Part shown: positions 28,864 to 36,725 of the stretch, one piece after another | Position numbering within the stretch: position 1 is the first letter of the stretch | Layout: each line of letters begins with the position of its first letter | Origin: a virus | Lineage: Duplodnaviria; Caudoviricetes | Reading direction: 5' to 3' (one strand) | IMG/VR virus record: IMGVR_UViG_3300047375_000398 | Coordinates: 1-38,572 of that record | Length of the DNA: 38,572 nt | Notes under the pieces: model-generated | The model's database searches: none | Told to the model about the DNA's origin: nothing | What the model saw: the letters and a program-made list of their open reading frames with translations, nothing else | Translations under genes and position numbers: made by a program

Positions 28864-31355
28864 TAGAATGATATATTTCCTGTTCCTGCTGTAAATGTTG
28901 TTATTTTATCAGATCCTGATGTAGTTGTTGTGGCTGTTAAACCAGCTGGTATTGTAGGCACAAATACATTACTATAACGTAGTATCACAACACCAGATCC
29001 ACCAGCTGCACCGTTTGAACTGGCATTACCATATCCTCCGCCGCCGCCGCCAGTGTTTGCTGTTCCGGCTGAATTAGCTGTATCACCAGCTCCTTCACCG
29101 CCGCCACCATCACCACCAGGGCCGCCATTGTTACCAGCCCCAGCTGACACACTACCGCCACCACCACCAGCATAAAATACAGCTGAACCAGTTATGCTAA
29201 CACTTAAGCCATCTCCTCCGTAAGCTAATCCATCAGTATTACCAGCTTCTGAAGCACCACCACCACCACCAGCGGGATAAGGAGATGAATTTGAGCCTTG
29301 TCCACCTGCAAAACCTTGATTAGCTGTACCAGAACCACCAGATTGGTTCATGTAACCACCTCCACCTCCAGAACCACCAGATTTTCCAGAAGGAGTGCCG
29401 TTTTGACCAGCACCACCACCGCCACCTGTAGATGTTATAGTTGAAAAAACTGAATTATTACCATCATTACCCAAACTAGCTGGATAAACACCAGGAGAAG
29501 CACTTGCGCCTCCGGCACCAATTGTTACTGTATAACTTGTGCCAGGGTTTAACGTTAAAGTAGATTCAGCACTTCCACCTCCACCTGAAGCATTTCCATA
29601 TGAAGTTCTAAGTCCACCAGCGCCACCGCCACCAGAGTTAGAATCAGCACCCCCAGATCCACCTCCTGCAACAACTAAATAACTAACATTTATTGTTTGT
29701 GGAATTAAACTAACGTCTTGTGATGTCCATCCTTGAGTTGAATCTTGGTATAATAAATATACTGTGGCATTTTCAGTAGTACATTCACCGTCTATAGTAG
29801 TTGAACCTTGTATCGCTTCAGATCCATTTGAACTTATAATTAGTTTATTAGTATCAAATGTACCTGCATAATCTTGCACTGCAACAATATTACCTGGAAC
29901 ACCTGCTGGTAAATTTATTGTAACTTCACCAGCTGTTGTATTAACTATATAACCACGACCTGGGTTAGCTGAAAATGTTGCTGTTTTAATATTTGTATCC
30001 CAATCAACACCACCACCTAAAGTATTAGCTATTGTGAAGTTATTAGGAGAATTTGTAGTTATATTAATACCTACGCCACCTGTTAAAGTTGCAGGGGCTA
30101 ATGTACCACCTGAGTTTAAAAACCCCACAGATCTAATCTCTATTACAACACCAGTAGGTGGTGCTGTAGCAAATGTAACTGTATTACCTGTTAATGTTAA
30201 AGTGCTTACGTTTTGATATAAACCATTTAAATATACTTCAATAGCATTTAAATCTACTGGTGTTATACCAAGAGCATAATCAGTTGTTGATCCATCCCCT
30301 GTAAAAGTATCTGTATATAAAGCATTAGTCGATGCTGATATAGCACCTAATACCATTACTTCTATATTATAGCCATTTTGAGGTGCTGTTGTAAACGTAA
30401 GTGTTGATCCAGATATGCTATACGTACTTTTATCTTGGTATATACCTTCTAAAAACACAAAGGTCATATTCTCTTCGTTAACAGTTGTATTTAAAGTAAA
30501 TGCTGTTTGAGAACCTGTACCTACAAAGTTATTCTTATTAAATCCACTTAAAGCTAAAGCTTTTACATGAACTATTTCTATATTCGCACCATTAGGTGGT
30601 GCTGTTGTAAATGATACTACATTACCTGTAGTTTGATATGTTAACTTAGACTGATAAACACCACTTACAAATACTGTTGTTGCATCTTCGTTAATTATGG
30701 AAAGTGATGTAGAAAAATTAGTTGTTGTACCATCACCTACAAATTCATCAACTTCAATAACACCATCGACTGCAACATAATGCATTATTTCTATTTCAGT
30801 ACCTGTTGGAGGTGCTGTGCCAAATGTTACTGTAACTCCTGTAGCTGTGAAAGTATCTTTGTCTTGATAAACACCATCTAAGTATATCTGTATATTGTTT
30901 TCTGATACTACTGTAGATGAAACACCATATGCCACTGTTGAACCGTCACCAGTATAGTTATTTCTCTGTATTGTTACTGTACCACCACCAGATCCTCCTG
31001 TAGATGCAATTGTTAGCGTGTCTGTTGCGGCATCTGTAGTTAGACTGATGTTATTACCAGCTGCCACTGTTAAAGTGTCTGTAGGACCATCTGCTACAAT
31101 ACTTGATTGTCCTGAGACTGCAAAAGTTTTAAATGCTTCAGTAACTGTACCACCGCCACCGCCTATAGCACCCCAAGCTGGAGTTGAACCAAAGTATCCT
31201 TCAAATTCAGCTGTAGTAGTATTATATCTAAACATACCAACCGCAGGCGAACCTGGGCGCTGGGCAGTAGTACCATCTGGTACTTGTATCCAGTTCCCGC
31301 TTGATATTGATAGATAACCATCAATTTCTACTGAACTTTTAAACTTTGAAGCCAT
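28863..31355 (-). CDS. Tail fibre with four beta-repeats and a Gly-rich C-terminal domain, 830 aa
   Basis: VPDGTTAQRP...FRYNTTTAEFEGY motif. Four repeats of G(D/T)G...G.YQ...F..AP..G..IE(I/V). C-terminal half is paralogous to the 410-aa neighbour. Confidence 0.75.
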   Translation of the reverse strand: MASKFKSSVEIDGYLSISSGNWIQVPDGTTAQRPGSPAVGMFRYNTTTAEFEGYFGSTPAWGAIGGGGGTVTEAFKTFAVSGQSSIVADGPTDTLTVAAGNNISLTTDAATDTLTIASTGGSGGGTVTIQRNNYTGDGSTVAYGVSSTVVSENNIQIYLDGVYQDKDTFTATGVTVTFGTAPPTGTEIEIMHYVAVDGVIEVDEFVGDGTTTNFSTSLSIINEDATTVFVSGVYQSKLTYQTTGNVVSFTTAPPNGANIEIVHVKALALSGFNKNNFVGTGSQTAFTLNTTVNEENMTFVFLEGIYQDKSTYSISGSTLTFTTAPQNGYNIEVMVLGAISASTNALYTDTFTGDGSTTDYALGITPVDLNAIEVYLNGLYQNVSTLTLTGNTVTFATAPPTGVVIEIRSVGFLNSGGTLAPATLTGGVGINITTNSPNNFTIANTLGGGVDWDTNIKTATFSANPGRGYIVNTTAGEVTINLPAGVPGNIVAVQDYAGTFDTNKLIISSNGSEAIQGSTTIDGECTTENATVYLLYQDSTQGWTSQDVSLIPQTINVSYLVVAGGGSGGADSNSGGGGAGGLRTSYGNASGGGGSAESTLTLNPGTSYTVTIGAGGASASPGVYPASLGNDGNNSVFSTITSTGGGGGAGQNGTPSGKSGGSGGGGGYMNQSGGSGTANQGFAGGQGSNSSPYPAGGGGGASEAGNTDGLAYGGDGLSVSITGSAVFYAGGGGGSVSAGAGNNGGPGGDGGGGEGAGDTANSAGTANTGGGGGGYGNASSNGAAGGSGVVILRYSNVFVPTIPAGLTATTTTSGSDKITTFTAGTGNISF

Positions 31356-31358
31356 AAA

Positions 31359-32723
31359 TTATATTTCTTGAATAAGTACTCTTATATCATTTGTTGTTGG
31401 TGCTGTTGTAAAGCTTACTGTTACAATATTAGCACTTGTTCTTACAACATCAGCATATACCGTATCATAAGTTGATAAATCATAAAGTTGTACTATAACA
31501 TCAAAACTATTTAAATTGTGTGTAATGGTATATGATGTAGCTGATCCATTACCTATTGATGCTGTAAATGTCTTATTTGAAAGCTGTACCCAACCAGCTG
31601 TGTCTACAGTAAAATCTGCAGAGTCATAACCAGATATACCTTTTATAGCAGCACCTGAAGTGGCCGCTGCGGTAGCTATGTCTATATTACTCTGAACAAC
31701 TGTCCAATTAGCCAATGCGCTACCAGCTGCTGCGGCCGTTGCTACTTCCGCAATTAAAAAGTCACCTATTCTTACTTGTTCTGAGAAGAATAAACCATCT
31801 GCAGTTACAGTATACGTGTCACCAACAGCTATAGCTATATTACCACCACTAACGCTGTTACCCATGTTTTGATGGTAGTAACATATATAACTTAAACTTG
31901 GTGCACCTGCTGCCAACGTAACTGTAAGTCTTCTTTGAGTTGCTGCTGCAAATCCACTTATATAATTAGTATAAGTTACTGTAGAACCATCTAAAGTATA
32001 TGTTACGCCAGTGCTATAAACGCCCGCTGCAACAGCTGATGTACTTAATATTAGTGGATGTGATGCATTACTAGCATCATCTTGATTTATAGTATATGAA
32101 GTTCCTTCTATTAATGTTAAAGTTTGCTGCTGTATACCATCTACGTAGTATTTATTAGCACCAGAAGCATTTGATACTGTTATAGTATATGTAGCTGCAC
32201 TTGTTGATGAATCTAAGTCAGGTGTATTTGTAGTAGCATCATAACCACCTTTGTAAGTTAAACCACCAACTACAGCATTGTCAACATATGCTTTTGTAGC
32301 TGCATCTTGTGCAGATGTAGGATCAGTAACACTAATAATTTTATTACTACCCATATCAACATTAGCATTTGCTGCTGCCAATGAACTTATAGGTGTACCT
32401 ATTACAAAGTCATATATTTGATCACCTGTAGCAAGCGCAGTACTATTGTTTGCAACTGTAGCTGTAATAACAGCTAGTTGAACTATAGGCCCAGCACCAT
32501 TTGTTACGGTTAATTGATTTGCAGTACTTGTTGTTATCTCAGTAATATCACCAGAGAATGATGTCCATGCAGTACCATTATAGTAATATACATTATTATC
32601 CGAAGAGTCATAATATATCTGGCCAGATACAGGGTTTGAAGGCGCTGTGCCTAAAACCTGTATTACAGCATTTTGTAGCTGATTCTTGTTTAGATCAAGA
32701 TTGTTTAAAAAATTTATTGCCAT
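31359..32723 (-). CDS. Tail fibre/structural protein with cupredoxin-like insert, 454 aa
   Basis: DPTSAQDAATKAYVD fibre motif, insert with HPL...YICYYHQNMG, C-terminal ITHNLNS domain. Confidence 0.7.
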   Translation of the reverse strand: MAINFLNNLDLNKNQLQNAVIQVLGTAPSNPVSGQIYYDSSDNNVYYYNGTAWTSFSGDITEITTSTANQLTVTNGAGPIVQLAVITATVANNSTALATGDQIYDFVIGTPISSLAAANANVDMGSNKIISVTDPTSAQDAATKAYVDNAVVGGLTYKGGYDATTNTPDLDSSTSAATYTITVSNASGANKYYVDGIQQQTLTLIEGTSYTINQDDASNASHPLILSTSAVAAGVYSTGVTYTLDGSTVTYTNYISGFAAATQRRLTVTLAAGAPSLSYICYYHQNMGNSVSGGNIAIAVGDTYTVTADGLFFSEQVRIGDFLIAEVATAAAAGSALANWTVVQSNIDIATAAATSGAAIKGISGYDSADFTVDTAGWVQLSNKTFTASIGNGSATSYTITHNLNSFDVIVQLYDLSTYDTVYADVVRTSANIVTVSFTTAPTTNDIRVLIQEI

Positions 32724-32729
32724 TTTTGT

Positions 32730-33425
32730 TTAGTTTAAATACGCATTACCACTTGTTGCGGAATTGAATACTACTGTTATTTTGTTTTCATTATTGTAAG
32801 TTACAGCGCCTGTAATTTCGCTACCTGCTGAATCTACTGTAGTTATACTTGGAAATCTACCTAAATTATGATTTATCTCCCATGTTGATGTTGCTACTGG
32901 TATTTCTTCATCATATTCATAGTCTTGACCGCCAAAAGGCTGTATTGATATTACACTATTGCCTACTGTGCTTGAAGCACCTTTAAATGTAAATGTTAAC
33001 AAGTATGCAGCACCATTACTTAATGTTGTAGAACTTTTAACTTTAAAAAGACCATACCCTAAGCTTTCAGATGTACCTATATCAGTGATTTTAATAAGCT
33101 GATTAACTAGAAAAGGTATCATAGGAGTTACATCCTCACCATTTCTATTATATCTACTTATTGCAATACCAGTTATATTAGCCCAACCATAAACAGTTGG
33201 TGCTGATGGATCAACTTGATATCTATATTCACCAGTATCAATAGTCTCGCTAGTATATGTACCAGCAAAGTTATATTGAAAAAGTGCATTACCTGTTTGT
33301 TCAAAATATTGAGCAAGTTCTTCTATCTGGTAATTTTTTGTAGCATTACCGTTTATATCAGTCCCAACTAATTTATCACCACCTTCAATAGTAGTATCGT
33401 TAGGATATAGTTTTATTCTTGCCAT
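32730..33425 (-). CDS. Virion structural protein, 231 aa
   Basis: N-terminal YPND...DKLVGTD...TKNY motif and C-terminal WEINHNLGRFPSITTVDS domain. Confidence 0.6.
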   Translation of the reverse strand: MARIKLYPNDTTIEGGDKLVGTDINGNATKNYQIEELAQYFEQTGNALFQYNFAGTYTSETIDTGEYRYQVDPSAPTVYGWANITGIAISRYNRNGEDVTPMIPFLVNQLIKITDIGTSESLGYGLFKVKSSTTLSNGAAYLLTFTFKGASSTVGNSVISIQPFGGQDYEYDEEIPVATSTWEINHNLGRFPSITTVDSAGSEITGAVTYNNENKITVVFNSATSGNAYLN

Positions 33426-33434
33426 ATTATTTTA

Positions 33435-34298
33435 TCAAGGGAATTTTTGTAAAGCAGATGGTGGTGCTGGTGTTGTGTTTATGCACGTAGCATTTCCATA
33501 AGCCATATTAACTAAAACATATCTAGTTGTTTGACCAGCATTTAAAGTTAATCTAAACTTATAAGTTTGTGTTGCAGGGTTACCACCTGCAGCCCCATTA
33601 ACACCTCCATATCTTAAAATACCATTACTTGAAAAACCAGAACCTGTGTTATAATAATAAGGACTTGTTGTATTACTAGGTGTCAATACATTATGATTAC
33701 CACTATCATCTTCACATGTAAATTGTATGTAATCTAAAGCTGTTTGGCCTTGACTACCATACCCTGTATAGTTTAAAGTAACATCAAAGTATGCTCCAGC
33801 AGTCCATTTTAATACACCGCCAACTGTAACCGTTGGTCCAACACCTGTTATACTAGCTGTCATTGCTATACCTGTATTATTAGTTAACGCAGGTCCAGCA
33901 GCTTGTGTTATAGTGTCTGTATTACTTAAACCGCTAGCTAAAGTAGTATTACCTTGAGGTGTTATTAAAACTTGAGAGTTTCTTGCTAAAGCTCCACATG
34001 TTGTAGATTGATCAGCTATAGCTATTTGATATGTCGTAGGACTAGTTGATATAACTTGTGTTCCTGAAGGTGCCGTAGCTCCTGTACTACCTGTTAAAGT
34101 AAACGAAGCACCTATCTCACCAGATACAACATAAGGAGTATTGCCTCCTGTATTAGCTATATTAGCATTAGTAAATGCTGCTGCCGTTATTTCCGCATCA
34201 TTAGGAAATATTTGACTGTTACCAATATATCCTTTTAAAATACTACTGGCTCCCAATTTAATTGAGGCTAAAGGATTATTGAATAAGTTTATAGGCAT
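33435..34298 (-). CDS. Putative fibre/adhesin, 287 aa
   Basis: N-terminal IKLGASSILKGYIGNSQIFP motif and Thr/Gly-rich beta composition. Confidence 0.6.
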   Translation of the reverse strand: MPINLFNNPLASIKLGASSILKGYIGNSQIFPNDAEITAAAFTNANIANTGGNTPYVVSGEIGASFTLTGSTGATAPSGTQVISTSPTTYQIAIADQSTTCGALARNSQVLITPQGNTTLASGLSNTDTITQAAGPALTNNTGIAMTASITGVGPTVTVGGVLKWTAGAYFDVTLNYTGYGSQGQTALDYIQFTCEDDSGNHNVLTPSNTTSPYYYNTGSGFSSNGILRYGGVNGAAGGNPATQTYKFRLTLNAGQTTRYVLVNMAYGNATCINTTPAPPSALQKFP

Positions 34299-34454
34299 CT
34301 ATGCTGTAATTAAGTATAATGTTTTAGGATCTTTAGTACCTATAGCATCATATTGAGCTTGTGTACACTTATAGAAGTTTAATAAAGATTCTGAGTTTGC
34401 AGTAGTAGCATCGTAGTATGGTTGACCACCTATTATGTTTGTTAAATTTGCCAT
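34299..34454 (-). CDS. Small fibre-adaptor-like protein, 51 aa (not in ORF track)
   Basis: MANLTNIIGGQPYYDATTANSESLLNFYKCTQAQYDAIGTKDPKTLYLITA. TAG directly abuts the ATG of the next gene. C-terminus paralogous to 36185-36403. Confidence 0.7.
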   Translation of the reverse strand: MANLTNIIGGQPYYDATTANSESLLNFYKCTQAQYDAIGTKDPKTLYLITA

Positions 34455-34457
34455 TTT

Positions 34458-34613
34458 TTAATTTTTATATGGTATTTTTTTGTTTAGCCATTCTTGACGT
34501 TCATTGCATCCACAATTATCACCAAAGACAGCTTTTACAACTGTCTTTATTCCTGTAGCTGATGTAAACTTTTCTACAGTATCGCCAAAGCCTTTACTTT
34601 TTATAGTAATCAT
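34458..34613 (-). CDS. Small CGC-motif protein, 51 aa (not in ORF track)
   Basis: MITIKSKGFGDTVEKFTSATGIKTVVKAVFGDNCGCNERQEWLNKKIPYKN. Fills the gap and matches a KSKG.GDT...DCGC..R...LN...PY family I recall from Flavobacteria phages. Confidence 0.7.
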   Translation of the reverse strand: MITIKSKGFGDTVEKFTSATGIKTVVKAVFGDNCGCNERQEWLNKKIPYKN

Positions 34614-34824
34614 CTTGTGCATTTCTTACTAAGTTTAAAACTTTATTTATAATTTCTGGACCTTGAAAGCTTAAGCCATCATATTGTAAAGTAGGCACTT
34701 GTTCTGGTATAAATCCTCTATATTTCTTGCTATCTATATTAAATACAGTTGTTTCTATTTTTTTAGGTATATCTAATTGATCACAAAAATTGCAATCATC
34801 TTTTGTAAAAATTTTTATTTCCAT
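34594..34824 (-). CDS. Glutaredoxin/thioredoxin-fold protein, 76 aa
   Basis: IKIFTKDDCNFC (CxxC after first strand) and QVPTL (cis-Pro motif). Confidence 0.7.
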   Translation of the reverse strand: MEIKIFTKDDCNFCDQLDIPKKIETTVFNIDSKKYRGFIPEQVPTLQYDGLSFQGPEIINKVLNLVRNAQDDYYKK

Positions 34825-34853
34825 TTAGTTTAATTTAATTTAATTTAATTTTA
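34825..34853. repeat. Tandem TTAAT pentamer repeat in leader of the glutaredoxin gene
   Basis: Plus strand ttagtttaatttaatttaatttaatttta. Minus strand ...AATTAAATTAAATTAAATTAAACTAA-ATG. Confidence 0.7.
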
Positions 34854-36185
34854 AAAATTCATATCAACAATCTCATTAGTTTGACTAACTGATAATCTAA
34901 AGGTTCCTGAGCATGTTGAAGCATTTACAGTTCCATTACCTCCAGAGCATTGTATTCTCCAAGATCCTCCTGATGTGGTAGTATTATTGCCGCCAGAAAA
35001 ACTACTTATTAATCCAGAACAAGTTAAACTAGTTCCAGCTGTATCTTGACATGTTATTAAGCTTCCGGATGACGAAACACCTATATTAGCAGAAGGATAT
35101 GTCCAATTTAAAGAGCATGTACCACCAGTAACAGCGTTAGTACCTCCAGGTGCATTATTAGGTACTTGAGTTATAGATGCACCAGATTTTATTGGCCAAT
35201 TAGTTGCTTTAGCTGGTATTGCATTAGTAAATGTTGTTGAACTATTGCAGCTAACTATTTGTTGAGTTGCTGCATTAGGAAAACCAACAGAGCCAAAAGC
35301 ATTACCGCCTGGTGATGCATATAAATATGCTACCAATCCAATATTACAATTTGATGTTCCTGGCGCACATGTTACGCAAGTTGGACAGGTTATACCACAT
35401 GTAAATGAAGTATTATAAGTGGCTCCCGATGGATTAGAACTAGGGCTCCATCCGCATGTATTAATCACAACTGGATTTGATCCAGTTTGTGAAAAAGTAG
35501 TGGATCCAGCATTGTAACCGGATTTGCTAGAGGTAAAACTACTATTACAAGTCATACCGCAGCCATTACCATAAGGACCACCTGCTAAATTAGGTCTACT
35601 ATAACTATAATAAGTATTACTACTACCACTACCACCATTAATACTACCTGATCCTGAGCTTCCACCAACACAGTCAGCACTATTACTTATAGAATAATTA
35701 TAAGTACCTAAAGCACCACCATCTCCAGTTGTGGTTAAAGGGTAATTCCCATTTTGAGTAACAACAAGGTTTGGTAATTGTACTTGTGTTGCACCATTTA
35801 CTGTTAATGTAACTGTGGTACCACTTGTTGGATATGTACCGCTTACATTTAACACCGCTGATGTAGATGTTTGACTACTTATAGATGTAGTAACATTATT
35901 ACCACTATCTCCAGATTCTGAAACAGTAGGATTTGTAGAAAATATTCTACCTGAGTCTACTGTAATAGTTCTACTGAAGGAAGAAAAAGAAGCGCCTGGT
36001 ACACCTACAGAAGAAAACTGAGTTGTATCCATTGTAGCACCAGAAATAGCATCAACAAAGTTTATCGTTATACCATTTGTATTAGTATAAAACGGACTTG
36101 TTTCTTTGTAGCCATTCTCAATGTTTGTTGAACCTTTTCTAAGGTTACCACTGGTAACTTCATTACTTCCTTTGTATATTGGCAT
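34851..36185 (-). CDS. Cys-rich, Ser/Thr/Gly-rich putative fibre/adhesin, 444 aa
   Basis: N-terminal IYKGS...LRKGSTNIENGYK motif. About 15 Cys confined to the C-terminal two-thirds, including CGITCPTCVTC. Confidence 0.65.
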   Translation of the reverse strand: MPIYKGSNEVTSGNLRKGSTNIENGYKETSPFYTNTNGITINFVDAISGATMDTTQFSSVGVPGASFSSFSRTITVDSGRIFSTNPTVSESGDSGNNVTTSISSQTSTSAVLNVSGTYPTSGTTVTLTVNGATQVQLPNLVVTQNGNYPLTTTGDGGALGTYNYSISNSADCVGGSSGSGSINGGSGSSNTYYSYSRPNLAGGPYGNGCGMTCNSSFTSSKSGYNAGSTTFSQTGSNPVVINTCGWSPSSNPSGATYNTSFTCGITCPTCVTCAPGTSNCNIGLVAYLYASPGGNAFGSVGFPNAATQQIVSCNSSTTFTNAIPAKATNWPIKSGASITQVPNNAPGGTNAVTGGTCSLNWTYPSANIGVSSSGSLITCQDTAGTSLTCSGLISSFSGGNNTTTSGGSWRIQCSGGNGTVNASTCSGTFRLSVSQTNEIVDMNF

Positions 36186-36403
36186 TATATTACGAAATAA
36201 AGTGTATTAGCATCTTTAGCACCTAAAGCTGCGTATTCAGCAGCTGTACCTGTCCAAACAAGAGCGTTTGGAGTTTGATTTTGGTCGTCCACAGAATTAC
36301 CAACAGTTGCTGTAGTTGCTGTAGTTGCTAAAGTAGCATCAGTGGCATTATTTATTGGATTTCCTGCTGTTGCGCCTGGATAAAATGTTTTAACGTCTGG
36401 CAT
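36185..36403 (-). CDS. Small fibre-adaptor-like protein, 72 aa
   Basis: C-terminal VWTGTAAEYAALGAKDANTLYFV motif. TAATG overlap with the next gene. Confidence 0.7.
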   Translation of the reverse strand: MPDVKTFYPGATAGNPINNATDATLATTATTATVGNSVDDQNQTPNALVWTGTAAEYAALGAKDANTLYFVI

Positions 36404-36406
36404 AGC

Positions 36407-36721
36407 TTAAGTTATTAACCAACCAAAGGTAGCATTGATATATACAAATCTTACTGCTTGGTTGTTAGTTATTGTTAGTGATTGATTAGTACCCTCGATA
36501 AGCGCCGCGGTTACTGTTACAGTTTGTGAACCTACTTTTTTTACAAGTACTTCACCTCCATCAGCAGTTATTGTTGTTGGAAGTGTTATTGTAAAGTCTG
36601 GTGCTTGTTTACAAACATATATTTTATTAATACCCATTGTGGTATTAGCTGTTATTTCAAATGCTTGTGCGCCTGATATCCCTAGGAGTCCAGCGCTTGG
36701 TAAATCTATTGTTAGTCCCAT
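36407..36721 (-). CDS. Small structural protein with TLP...GW module, 104 aa
   Basis: FTITLPT...GEVLVKK...IEG...FVYINATFGWLI is paralogous to modules in three other fibre genes. Confidence 0.6.
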   Translation of the reverse strand: MGLTIDLPSAGLLGISGAQAFEITANTTMGINKIYVCKQAPDFTITLPTTITADGGEVLVKKVGSQTVTVTAALIEGTNQSLTITNNQAVRFVYINATFGWLIT

Positions 36722-36725
36722 GTTG

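Noticed and set aside
24587-29173. Short alternative-frame minus-strand ORFs 24587-24772 and 28985-29173
   Set aside because: About 60 codons each, in Gly/Ala/Ser-rich regions where +1 stops are naturally rare. No signal or known motif.
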